A stretch of DNA of 64,000 bases, taken from assembly GCA_973895155.1 (NCBI GenBank), contig OZ316895.1:12283929-12347928 (forward strand), in the 5' to 3' direction. This DNA is from Marsupella aquatica. Taxonomy: Eukaryota > Plantae > Marchantiophyta. Under the pieces are notes generated by a model that saw nothing but the letters and a program-made list of their open reading frames with translations, was not told the origin of the DNA and made no database searches. Both the position numbers and the translations under genes were made by a program. Shown piece after piece: positions 37,701-49,500 of the stretch; position 1 is the first letter of the stretch; every line of letters begins with the position of its first letter.

Positions 37701-40700
37701 CTGAGGTACGGTGTTGTCATGTGATGACGCTTGTGAGCTGGAGGGGGTTTATCAGAATAATCTGCCAGTAAAACGAGAAGTGACCGCTCCTACGCAATAT
37801 TAGAGAGTCTGACGATGGTTTGTCATATATCTAATTTAAATTGCTAAGCAGTGTGTCAGCGAAAAGGCTTGCTACGTTGTGGAGGATAAGTTGGACGACT
37901 TGAAAAAATGGCATTGACATTGGCTAAACAAGAAATCCCTTGTTTCTATCAGGCTTATTTTCCCTCTATTTCACAACCGGAAGGGTTACCAATGAAGATT
38001 CAAGACATTACAGGAAAAGAGTGGGTGTTCCAGTTTCGATTCTGGCCAAACAACAATAGCCGGATGTATGTTTTGGAAGGTGTCACTCCATGTATACACT
38101 CCATGCAGCTTCAAGCTGGTGATACTGGTAAGTTCCAGATCATGGGAGTAGCAATACCGTTTTCATCCACTAGTTCCTAGTAATGTTTTCCTCTCAAGTG
38201 ATGGACTTCCAAATGATTGACAGAAACAATTTTCTTCTCCACCAATTCCAATAGACTCATCTCATAATTATATTTGAGCTCAACATGATTTCGTTATGAT
38301 GCAGTCACCTTCAGTCGGCTGGAGCCAGAAGGGAAGCTAGTCATGGGATATCGAAGAGCTCCTGCAGCTCTTAGCTCTCAGGTATCACCATACTTGGTTT
38401 TGCAGATCATCTGCCTGGGCTGCCCTTATCGCCAAAAACTATCCCTGAATTACCTTGAAATATGCTGCATTTGTTGTTCCTCTGAAGAATAGGGCTTGTT
38501 GTGTCAGACTCTGCTGATCTCCTCAGCCATCTTTCTGATTGACTTCAGTTGTAACAAGGAAGGAGACGAGTGTCCTGCCTATGACATCAGTTCTAGGATC
38601 CAGTATAGCCTCTGATGATATGGGCCAATGATAGTAAGTTTTGCGTTGGTCATAGAAGTTCTGACCCAAGGTGTGTTGACGCTAGACTCTTTGAATGTGG
38701 TGTTTGTTCGAGAGCGTCGTGGTTGTTTTGTGTGGTCAAAGATAAATTTCAGTCGATAGCAAGGTTGCATTAAAGCCATGTACACATTGATCATAGCAGT
38801 GTGCCTCTCCTAAACTGTAGAACCCAATTAGAACGAGCTGGTCTGCGTTCTACAGGATGCTAAGAGGGCCACAAGGAGGACCTCACCTAATATGTCTAAG
38901 GGTCTAAGTGTTGGAAGTATTGACGGCCTTTATTCCAGCACTGGATCATCGTTGCTATCTGTTAGTACAAATCCAGATGGAAGAAATAAGTCAGGGCAGA
39001 GCAACGTGTTAAACTCTGGGTATGGATGGTCTATAGCTGAAAAAGCAGTGGGAAAGGAAGGCTCAATGCTCAAAGCCTTGTCGCAGGTGGATAGAAAGCG
39101 TGGGCGTCCCCTTGGTGGCAAAAGTAAGAGGCTTCGGTTAGAGAACGAAGACTCCATAGAGTTGAAGATCAATTGGGAAGAGGCCCAGCAGCTACTTAGA
39201 CCACCTCCGTCTATTGTGCCAAGTGTTGTGACAATAGAGGGTCATGAGTTCGAAGAATATGAGGTAAGCCCAGTTGGGTCCATTGGCTCCAGATTGTTCG
39301 TCGGCTAGTTGGGAATCTTGATGTAGCATGAAGATGAATGTGTCCTCTGGCAGGTCCGATGTGGATTACTGCTTACGGGTGTCATGACTGTTATGATATA
39401 AACTAGCCCCTGCTTTAGTTGTGTTTTGCATTTGAAGGTATTCCGTAGAAGGAAAAGACTTAGTAATGTGCAGTTCAGGATTTTCTTGGCGCCGAGACTG
39501 AGAATTGCATGAGACTTGAATTTGGACACGCTGGCGGACTCTCAATGACAACTTTGCAGTACTGATATGTCTGCATTCATTACTGAAAGTTGCTGAATTG
39601 TTGTCTCTGCAGGAGCCTCCTATGTGCACAAAGCGAACAATTTTCTCTTCAAGACACTCTGGGTAAGTCATTCTCGTCGACGTCGTTTTTTCTTATGATC
39701 TTTTTCCTTCACTGTGTCTGGTCTTTATTTGGCGACAGGCTGGAAAAGTTTATATCTGTTTATGTATAAAATTGAGTTTGGTAAGGGTGCTACTTGCAAG
39801 TGGTGCAGGGAACAGGATCAGTGGGCCCAATGTGATGAGTGTGGATTTTGGAGAAGAGTGCCCCCGGACGCCCTAGTCACTGCAAGATGGACATGCTTTG
39901 ATAATGCATGGGATCCAAAAAGGTGATCGTAGTTGTTCATTATTCTTTGCTTGTATAGCAATTATAAGGCAGTACAGTTGATCTTCGGTCTGTGTTGTAG
40001 TTGTTACCTTTGAAAGCTTGAGTTGATAAGAAGTTGTCGAATTTTACAGGGCCTCATGCACTGTGCCACAAGAGATCACCAATGATGATGTAGATCACTT
40101 ATTGGGACTAGTCCCGGGTGAAGGCAAGTTTCTTAAACTGAGTCCAGTTCATCTCAGATGCTCGTGTTACTTAGTGGCTTTCCCTAAATGCTGCTACTGA
40201 AATTGCCTGGAACCCCTCCAGCTTGCCATCTATTTAGACCACTAGCTTTCCGCAACCTTTGAAGTTAAAAAAAAATCAATCTCCGGTGCGAGCAGCAGGG
40301 GTGGCACATTTGTTTCGTCCTAACAAATGTGCCACCAAGTTGGAGGTCTTCACTGGTAAAATTATGTTATTCGGTTTGTGCATGTTCTGTTCTTTTGTGC
40401 ATGTTCTGTTCTTTAGAGACTCTGTCTTTGTGCAGTAGTGGATCACGTAACCCATAGGAAAATTTTGTTCACAGTTTTCTTTCATGCCCACAGAACTAGT
40501 TCCAGAAAAAGTTGACGCTGCAACTGGAGGAGCCGCTCCCATGGTGGTGGAAACATCAGGTGGTCTAGATACCTTGGCCAACGCTGCGAACGCCGCAGCA
40601 CTCGGGGAAACAGGGCGAGTGGCAACATCCCCATCTTCGCCAGCACGCACCACGAAGCATCCTCGTCATCGACCTGGCTGCACTTGTATTGTCTGTATCC

Positions 40701-41473
40701 AGCCTCCCAGTGGCAAAGGTCCGAAACACAAGCAGAACTGCCTTTGCAATGTCTGTGTAACAGTGAAAAGACGTTTCAAGACTCTAATGTTACGACGCAA
40801 GAAGCGCTTATCGGAGCGAGAGGCAGAAGGATATGTTAGAAGAAAGCGAAAAGATGAGGTTGAAGTCAATAGCGGTGGCTCTAAACTAGTCACTGAGACA
40901 GGATCAAGGCATGAGAGTTCAGGAGGGGGTATGGTGGTGGAGGGCCCGAGACGAAATGATATTGTAGTTGCAGACGTGAAAGACATCTCTGGAATTGGGG
41001 GTTTTGGTTTGACGTACGCAAGCTCAAAATCGGGGGATGATGCCCTGGTCAGCAAAGGACAGATTGACCTTAACAGCCAGCCCGAGCGGGAGGACGAGCC
41101 AACCAAGCTTGCCGGGAAGCTGAGCATGCGAAAGCTTCTCGAGAATGCAAGCTTACCCCTGGATTTATATTTAAAACAGCAAGGAATGAAAAGTCTGTTA
41201 GGTAGCTCTGCTGCAGAAACTTCAGGTACAGGGGGCCATGGGGCCGGCAGCAGCGAGAAGAAAAGCGATGAGCAAAGTAGCAGTCAATGTCAGGACCAGT
41301 CAGTAGAAGCAGCTTCACAGACTTCCACCAGAGCAAATGGAGATAGCTCTGTTGTACCCAATCAGGCACGTATTCAGACCCCAAGTCAAATGCAACCTTT
41401 GACATTTGCCTTTCCTGGACTTTACGCAGTACCTTCTGTGAATTCGGGTGTCCTGAGACTGTCTCGTCTTTGA
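34705..41473 (+). CDS. VAL: VAL/HSI2 (VP1/ABI3-LIKE) B3-domain transcriptional repressor, about 1070 aa: PHD-like, B3, CW-type Zn finger and EAR motif
   Basis: Phase-consistent exons: 34705-34838, 35512-35593, 35757-35861, 36159-36642, 36762-37200, 37609-37705, 37953-38127, 38305-38381, 38856-39263, 39613-39662, 39809-39922, 40050-40117 (or 40123), 40494-41473. Motifs: CMNVKCG...[10 protein letters not shown]...FCESFH...RVHCGCIAS; [17 protein letters not shown]; [30 protein letters not shown]...[16 protein letters not shown]; [11 protein letters not shown]; [24 protein letters not shown]; QIDLN. Confidence 0.96.
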
Positions 41474-42746
41474 GCGTAGGATTTAGAAGCAACAGGATCT
41501 GAGTTCACGGGATACCTTGGTGTGCAGGTCTCCAATTAAATATCTGTAGCACTTCGAGGACTCTATTTCAGCAATTGTGCAAAACACCTCTTGTTAACAA
41601 AGTTTGCTGCTGCAGCACGTGCAAAGTGGCCTGCGTGTAAGGCAAACACTTCTGCAAGTGTTAGAAAGCATTTGGATAAGCAGGTAATGTGTTGTCTTGA
41701 CGTACAGATTTGATGTGCAGCTTGAGATGGTCGTTCTCTATTCTTGTTCCCCACTACGGAATCAGACATTTGGGGGCATGTAGAGGGGATATGATGCCTT
41801 TAAAATTATGTGCTGGAAAGGTGCCTCGAACCTGAAAGGAATTGTTTTGTGGTGCATAGGTCGACAGTATCTATCCAGTTTGTCGGAGGCCAGGGCTTGC
41901 ATCAATTGAACACCGAAATGTAGCTTTGAATGATAGCATGAATGGACCTAAGGAAATCGTTTTGCGCTTGAGTTGAGTGGAAGGAGGAGAGGAGGCGTAT
42001 GATGAATTGAACAGAATTGAAATAGAAGAGATGGAGAGGACCTGGGTGCCCTTCTGTCGACCATTGACATCGTGTTGTTTACATTTTATGTCACGTGTTA
42101 CAGAGCTGTAGAGGCAGGCACCTTAGAGTACTAAGAAGAAAATCTCCTTTCAAAACAACTACTCTTTACACATGGGTTATCTGACGACAGAGGGGTGTTA
42201 CAGTCAGCCAACGCTTCCGATTAATGGGGTGCAGTCCTGGAGATGTGCTTTGATTCCCTTGTGGGAGGAGCGTTAGAACAAGGATCCTGGGCATTATTCA
42301 GATGCTCATGACGGCATAATCAGTGTACTTTATTCTGGGATACAGTTGTATATTGTCCCCTTTCCATCTCAAACGGTAAAGTTAGTACTGAAACCGACGT
42401 CGAGTGGGTGGAGAAGATAGCATTTGATGGTAATTTGCAAATGATTATTTTCTATAGTTAGTTTTTTGATAGTTGTAATTAATTGAGTAGCCTCTTTAGG
42501 AATTTGCACCATCAATCTGTTCCCGTCTCATTTTTTGGTAATGTACAGTATTTGGAGAGCAATCCGAAATGTTCATTCTGCAACTGCGATGACAAGGCCG
42601 AACATTTGCATGTACTTGTACAGAAGTGTGAAATGTTACGCACGAGATTATTGTTCGCAGCAGAACTCTGTTTCACGTTAGTGGCCTGAAGTTTGTGGAT
42701 GATTTGAAATAGTTTGGTGTCATATACTTGTGTAAGCTTTGGGCAA

Positions 42747-43693
42747 CTAGGTGGCTTTCCCAAGGAAGAATTTCTGGTGCGGAAAAGTATGGTCGACAGG
42801 GACAATGCAGTAGCTGCGTTTTCTAAAGTTTCCGTTGGGTCCATTGATTGTGTGGGCATAAAGAGTCTTGGTGCCGGGTTTTCTCGTGGCCATTTCGTAT
42901 CTTGCTTTGAATTGAATCAATTTCATAACTTGCCTCGAACTGAATCGGTAGTCACAAATTCTGACATACGACGTACGTACTTACTGGAAGGGTGGAGTCT
43001 GATGTACAAGGTAGTCGAGAAATCCCTCAAAGGTCTCTCATGTCATGTCATGTGCATTTGTACTTACTGGAAGGGTGGAGCCGAGCTATCAGCAATTTCT
43101 CAGCGAAGGTCAGAACTTGTATCAGGCGGACCTATATTGGCTCAAAATTGCTTGTGTTTCCTAGTGGGAAATGCACTAAGAAGATAGGATTGAAAATTCT
43201 AGTTGAAACGAAGATACATTGGTTCTTCATCTTGAAGCTATGTAAATACTCACTTCATTTTGGCTGGTAGCAGACGATGTCATCGTTTGCAACGAAATTC
43301 CTAACATTGACCTTACTGGAGAACATCATCTTTGGATCGACGACACTCAAAAGAATACAATGTCTTTGGTTTTGTACTTCATGTTGCACGATTAAGGGTT
43401 GAAGATGTTGCCTAGAAAGTATTACTGGCGTAACAACAGAGCACACATGCAAGAACACATAGGGAGTCGTTAGTGATCCAAGGAGAACGTCTCAAAATGC
43501 TTACAAAAACTAAAGAACTTGGCTACACTGTGTGCTCTCGACTACCGAGCGCAAAAGGAGGGATGCACATCGACTCCTGTCTGATGACCGTTTGATCCAC
43601 CGCTAATTGTGGTACAGTAGAGCACTAAAATCTTACTTCTGTAAGGATTTGTGAGACAACGAAAGGTTTTGTCCTGGATGACTGCGATATCAT
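42747..43693 (-). CDS. Hypothetical small six-exon gene containing 18-nt and 14-nt microexons (113 aa; 122 aa from the in-frame ATG at 43720)
   Basis: Five minus-strand donors (gtaaga, gtaagc, gtgagt, gtaagt, gtaagt). Exons 43693-43637, 43541-43505, 43315-43254, 43085-43068, 42998-42985 and 42900-42747 join without a stop. No homology recognised. Confidence 0.35.
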
Positions 43694-44197
43694 TCGGTCA
43701 GACTCAAATGGACAAAACATGAGAATTAATGATTTCGAGCGGTCGTGCTTGGCGATTCTGGCAGCTAACTGTCAGATGCATCAAAATTTCACGACTGGAG
43801 CGCATCGTTTCAAAAGCGACAGAGGTACAGTGTCCGTGCCGTCTTTATTTTCTTCGTTTTACTGTTTTCTTTTGACCGGAAACGGAGGATGACTTTCATG
43901 ATCAGGGACTGTTTCGACAGTCTGCAAGCTTAGCGTAATTCCCACCAGGCCGTGATAGGAGCTGACGTAATCATGAGTATTGACTGCGGACATATAGTTA
44001 CGGTGGGCAGTGGACAACAGAAGGGTGCGCGCCTTCCTCCACAATCTAAAGCACCGTTCATTCACTTAACGGTTAGAACACAGAATGAAAACTTGGAGTA
44101 CTGGACAAGCATCACTCAGTCTACGAACAGGTAGGATTAACATGAGCAGCATAATTGAACAATCTGGTCCCCCGTGGTCACTGAATGAAAGCTGGGC

Positions 44198-45457
44198 ATG
44201 GTATTTGCTTATCTCTTCGAAACAATGGTAAAATCAGTGAGTGAGTCTCATCGGACCTCTATCACTATCCAGTGCTCAGCTCGGAAGTCCAGATGGGCTC
44301 CGAAGTGGGCCAAATTTAGCCTAGTTTTAGAGTTCGGGAAACTTCGGATTCCTGCAGTCTCTGCGTCACTTAGAGTCAAGCTGCCAAAGGCAGTCTTCAA
44401 GCTGGGCTTAGCGGTGAGATGTTCTGTTTGTAAGGGCTCCAGCTCCACCGTTCGGAAAACCGTGAAATTCTTCGGATTGTTGGAGACGAGGAAACTTGGT
44501 TTGAGATTGAGCGGATGTTTCAGAAACTTTAGAGAGAAAACTTTTCAAATTACAGATTCCGATGCGGATGGAACAATTTCGCGCAAAGACGTGCAGCGCA
44601 TGAAATTGGTTGAGCCTGAAAATGCGGAGCGACAAAAGGTACAGTTTGACAAATCACGTTCGAAATTGGCGACATGGGTATTCCACAAACGGAATCGTCT
44701 AATTGTCACGATCGAGCGTCAGCGCAATACCCAACGCTCAACTTCGTTTTCTTTCGATTCCTTTGAGTTTCTGCTTTCTAATTTCATGACAAGAGGTTTT
44801 AACATACAAGTAAGATGCAAGTCTGCCCCTTAATAGCCCTAGATAGCATGTGGGCAAGCCCACCCAACAGTTTCATTTTAAGAGATATCATGCTCATGAC
44901 CTTCTTTCCCTGGCTTGCAGAGTCAAGACAAGGTTTCTCTAGGAAATTGGTGTCTGCCTTCCCATTTCGCCAGCGAGAAGATCAAATGGGCAACGGTTTC
45001 TCAAGTGGTTGTGCTTTTGACTTTAATGTTGCCCAGTCAGCTGGGGACTGCACGAGCTCTGTGGGGTGTAGCATTTACGGTGACTGCTTCTGTAGCTATT
45101 GGATTAGTTCTTAACTTCTATGGTGTGAAGGGTAAGCTTAGCAATGAAATATGGAGACTCTGGGTGGGAGCTGGCAGCGCTGGGATAAAAATTTCACCCC
45201 AGGTGAGAGAGTTTTCCCTATGTCAGCCTCTTTCCATTTGCGAGGCTTTACGTCCACTGGATTTCAAATCAACAGGTCAACAAACTCACAACTCACATGT
45301 AATTGCTGATTTCATAACTTTGATGGCAATGCAGGTTATGTGGTCAATTGTTGAATTCTTCAGTTGGAGCAAATTATCATTCCGAATGCTCTGTGGGACT
45401 ACAGCATTGTTTATGATTATTTTGTTTCAACTGTCTCCTTCCAGCTGGGTACCATAA
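44198..45457 (+). CDS. Divergent, C-terminally truncated MEX1/RCP1 (chloroplast maltose exporter)-like protein, about 338 aa; possibly a decaying paralog
   Basis: Exons 44198-44809 (alternative donor 44638), 44921-45202 and 45335-45457, all phase 0. LGNWCLPSHFASEK...SQLGTARALWGVAFTVTASVAIGLVLNFYGVKGKLSNEIWRLW...ISPQ|VMWS...MLCGTTALF aligns with remembered MEX1 LGNLSLLSYFAKKR...AQLTMAEAMP...TIGLIVNCLYYFGKLSKTVWQLW...VLPQIMWS...ILPGTTAF. Confidence 0.65.
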
Positions 45458-46231
45458 TTCTAACTTTCGCCGTGGAATAATGTCATGTTTGGGCTTGAAT
45501 CTGCCGAAGTTCGGTCACGCACAACGAGATTCCATGGATATCTCGTTATCAAGAGCCATGGCCCTGTCATGTTTGGCCTTGAGTGTGCATAAGTTCAAGT
45601 CACACACAACGAGAATTCCATATTGCTGGAAATTATTGCTATTGAACACACTTTTGCACAGCGTGTCCTTAAAATCTTGTAAAGTTGCCACAGAAGGTCA
45701 AATAAGTGTCTCGAGATTCAAGATTTGAGCAGCTGCATGCTAGACATCTACACGTTTAATCTTCAATTGAGAAGTTCGTTTCGTGAATAAAATGGGTAGA
45801 TCAATTGTCAGATTTGGGAAGGTACAACATTCCCCACATGAAGCATGAGTCTGGGCTTGTTGCAAAGTTAAATTGATACGTTTCTACAAGTGCCCCGAAA
45901 TGTCCGAAAAATCCGGCATGCTCAGGTACATCGTATTCAATCGAAATAGTACTGCGAGAAAATGACGGTCATACGGCAACAATTTTCCCGAATTCTGTTC
46001 ATTTCCAAGTTCATCAGTTGGAGAACTTTGGTGTTAGTAGCAGAGACGATGGTAAATTTGAACTTTGAACATTGAAGTTTCGTTTTAATTGCCAACGGGT
46101 GTACGGGTATTCCAAACACAGGCCACTTCGGTAGTGACAAATAGTTTGAGGTGTGGTTTCGTATTGTCGAGCGATGGGAAATATGAATTATAGTTAACAT
46201 TATCAAATTTAAATAGAATTGACTCTCGTAA

Positions 46232-46333
46232 ACGCGGAATTTGTGGCCCTAAAACAAGGGAAGGAAGGGCTCAAAAAGTTTCTGGCGTGTTGCTGTGCGC
46301 CACTTCCAATGGTTTAAGCCACAAATTCCGCGT
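46232..46333. other. About 102-nt inverted repeat/hairpin downstream of CHID1
   Basis: acgcggaatttgtggc (46232-46247) is the exact reverse complement of 46318-46333, extended by about 15 imperfect pairs. Confidence 0.75.
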
Positions 46334-46534
46334 CCCCACGCGGTGCCTTTGAGAGCCAAACATATCCTGTTTCTGCTAATCATGCAGGCAAAACCTTTCG
46401 CTTTCCCTGGCCTTTAGAGAAAGGTTGACGCGGAAAAACCGATCCGAAAGTTGTTGTAATGATCCGCAAAACAAGCACCACCAAAGGTACGACACAAAAC
46501 CAAAGAGTTCCCTACCTGCTGCTCCATAACTGCT

Positions 46535-49500
46535 TCAGAGAAGATCAAAGAAATAATCTAGGCCTTGGCCAATCTCCCACATGGAAATTCCTACACCCCA
46601 AGTCTCTGCTACTCTAAGCCTGGCCGCCAGAGACTTCAAAGATGGATAATACACTCTATTTCTCGTTGATTTCTCGTCCATGTACTCCAAATAGTGCTCC
46701 TGGCTCGCTTCATCCCAGGTTATTTGTGGCTTGTGCTGGGCAAGGATTGATATATACTGAGCACCTACAATTGGACCACCACCTGGTACATCCAGTTTTG
46801 CACAAACTCAGGACAAGACAAATGTAACCAGCGTCTCAAGGGACCAAACACGTTATTATTATAGATTGCTTTCTATAATGCAGTATGCCGGACCAATAGT
46901 GGCCAAACTGAAATGAATGATCAAATAGTCAGGCTGAGAGTTCTGCACATGATTTCGGCAAACAAACGGATTTCACACAAATGGCCTGAATCCAGATATC
47001 TCTGTTGGTTAGTTCATTGGCCCAGCACTAGAATGAACTCTAAAACCTTCTCCCATGAAATCAGTTACTAGATTGTGGTTGATGGGCCCAACAAGAAATC
47101 TCACATCCTTTCTAGAATTTCTGTCTTTAGTTCAAACCTTGTCAAACTAATGCATTCAACCAAAAAGACTGAAGAGTCTTACCAGAAATAATTCAAGAGG
47201 TTCATACCTTGAGGAATTATATAATCATTTCCATAGAAGTTGATGCCCAGGAGCATTTTCTTGTGATTGTCTGAATTAGTGGCTGCCTCTTTGGAACCGC
47301 TTGGAAATAATAGATGAAGACACTGCTGTACCCATGGTAGAGGGGCATTTGGTCCTGGGTTCTGTGGAGATGAGTAGTCGTAGGTCATGAGAGAGAATCC
47401 ATGAACTACATCACTTAGATAACTCATGTCGCTGGATGAAAAAGCATTAGGGTCTCTGGGCTTTCCAGAAGGAGGAATAACAAATATCAGTTGCGGCGGG
47501 CCGATACTGTATAGGTTACTCCCTTTCATTCCTTGAAATTCTAATCCCAGAACCTTAACAAACTCTAATGCCTGCATCATGTACAACACAACTGGTTAAC
47601 AGTGGAAGCGAAACGACTAAGGAAGTTCCCATATAGTTGACCCAACACAATAGCCAGCCAATGGATTTTCATCTGTGGGAGTTGAATAAAACATCTCAAG
47701 TGATGCAAAAAAACTGAGAATAAAGAAGATTTCGAACCAATCTGCTTGGCATTCGTTTAAATTAAACAAGGATTCTAGATAGCACCTTTTTTCGAAGTCT
47801 AGGATCTTCCAGAACTCGATGACTTCTCCAGAGAGTCCACGCCTCCAGAACGATCCCATCAAACTCCATCTCTCTGCCATTTCATGAAAATCCGTCAGCT
47901 AGCAGGCACAGAGTAAGAATTCATGCCCAATCCCTTTACTCAGGGCAGGGCCTCCCGGTCAATGAACCGCCTTAATCAAGCAACAATAGCAAGATTTGAT
48001 AGCATAGATTTGCTTGAACGGCCTATATTTGTAGAACGAAGACATGATGTACAAACAATGACACAGTTTTGGAGTCAGGAAGCATACATGATTTCATTGG
48101 CAATCATACGTATTGCCCTGTCCCGTTCCTCTCTCTTTACCAGCATATCTAAGGGCCATCCTTCCAAGACCACACGGGGCACTATCTGCTTTGATCAAGC
48201 AACTGAAGAAACATTTGAATAAGGACCAGTAAGTCGAACGACTGTGAAAACCACAGTTACACAATGACCTCGACGCAAGTACTAGGCTGACAATTACTAA
48301 TAGCAATGCTTCATGTGAAATACCAGACACAACAAAACCCTATCTTAACACCGGCAATGGTAACTCTTCCCATTCGTGTTTAGTTTGCTTTTGACTCGTT
48401 TCAGATGCTCCTGGGACAGGATCGAAATGCTATCTTCTTCAGTTTGGCATCCGTGGGCAATACCAATTAGACTGCCACACGGGGCATCTTACTGTAAGTC
48501 AGGTCATAGTTGATTCATGTATATCATGAGTAAGGTTCAAGATTCATCCACAGGATAATCTTCAATCGTACCAATGGAGAGCCTTTCTGTCTGACATCTT
48601 TAATCCACTGCTGATCCACGTCATGCCTTCCATGCAAACCTAACCCGTCCTGACCTCTGCATCGAGAACCAACAAGGTCTCAGAAGTTTCTCAACACTGC
48701 ATACTTCCGATGACTAACAAGGTTTGACCTCAATTCCGCAGTAAAGAAGCAGATAGAGAAATAAGCCCACCTCCTCAGCTGATACCAAACGGGTGACACG
48801 TGTGTAAATTTGGCACGAAAAGTTTTAGCCATATCGTAACCCTTCCCATTCCTGCCCACCATCAAGAAGATTTTCTGTTAAAGTAAATGAAGTGTATTTT
48901 TCCAATCGCGTACAAGGCAGCATGTAAGCGGAGTGATGTGAGTATAGGAACGCTGGTGTGATCTGTACTTCTCAAAGCTCAAACAAAGTAGAGTAAAGAA
49001 TTGTGAAGCTAGTCCAAAAGTTACGACATTGGAAAGCACTGGGTACGATAATCCATGCAAAATATCTCACCTAAGGGCTTTTAAAGCCACGAATCTAGAG
49101 TCAGAGAAGGGCAGGGTTAGCAGTACCATGGGGTAACGTAGGCCAACACAGACGATTGAAAATGGCGGTGAGATACATTATTCCAGTACCGCGCATGTTC
49201 CTGCACAACCAGCAGCCGGTAAGCAATCCGTTCCAGGTATGCAAAGAAAATACGTGTCCGGATGCTGATTACCATATACCTCTGACCCTGGACCCGATGA
49301 CTGATCGACAAGCTTCACAGGTTGATGACACCGCATACTGCTCTTTTGGGTTGTGTGAAGGATCATACAATGTGGAACACATTAAGAGGATCCACACCGG
49401 TCAAACTACAACAAAAACTATTGAAGGAACGAAGACATTTGAGATTGAAGAAAACCATGGGAAATGGCGAGGATGAGTCGGTCTTCGATTTTCTTTCTGG

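Noticed and set aside
42977-43080. U1 snRNA 5' end (ACTTAC.TGG) or miR477-like tccctcaaagg
   Set aside because: No U1 stem-loops or Sm site and no miRNA fold-back; better explained as minus-strand splice donors.
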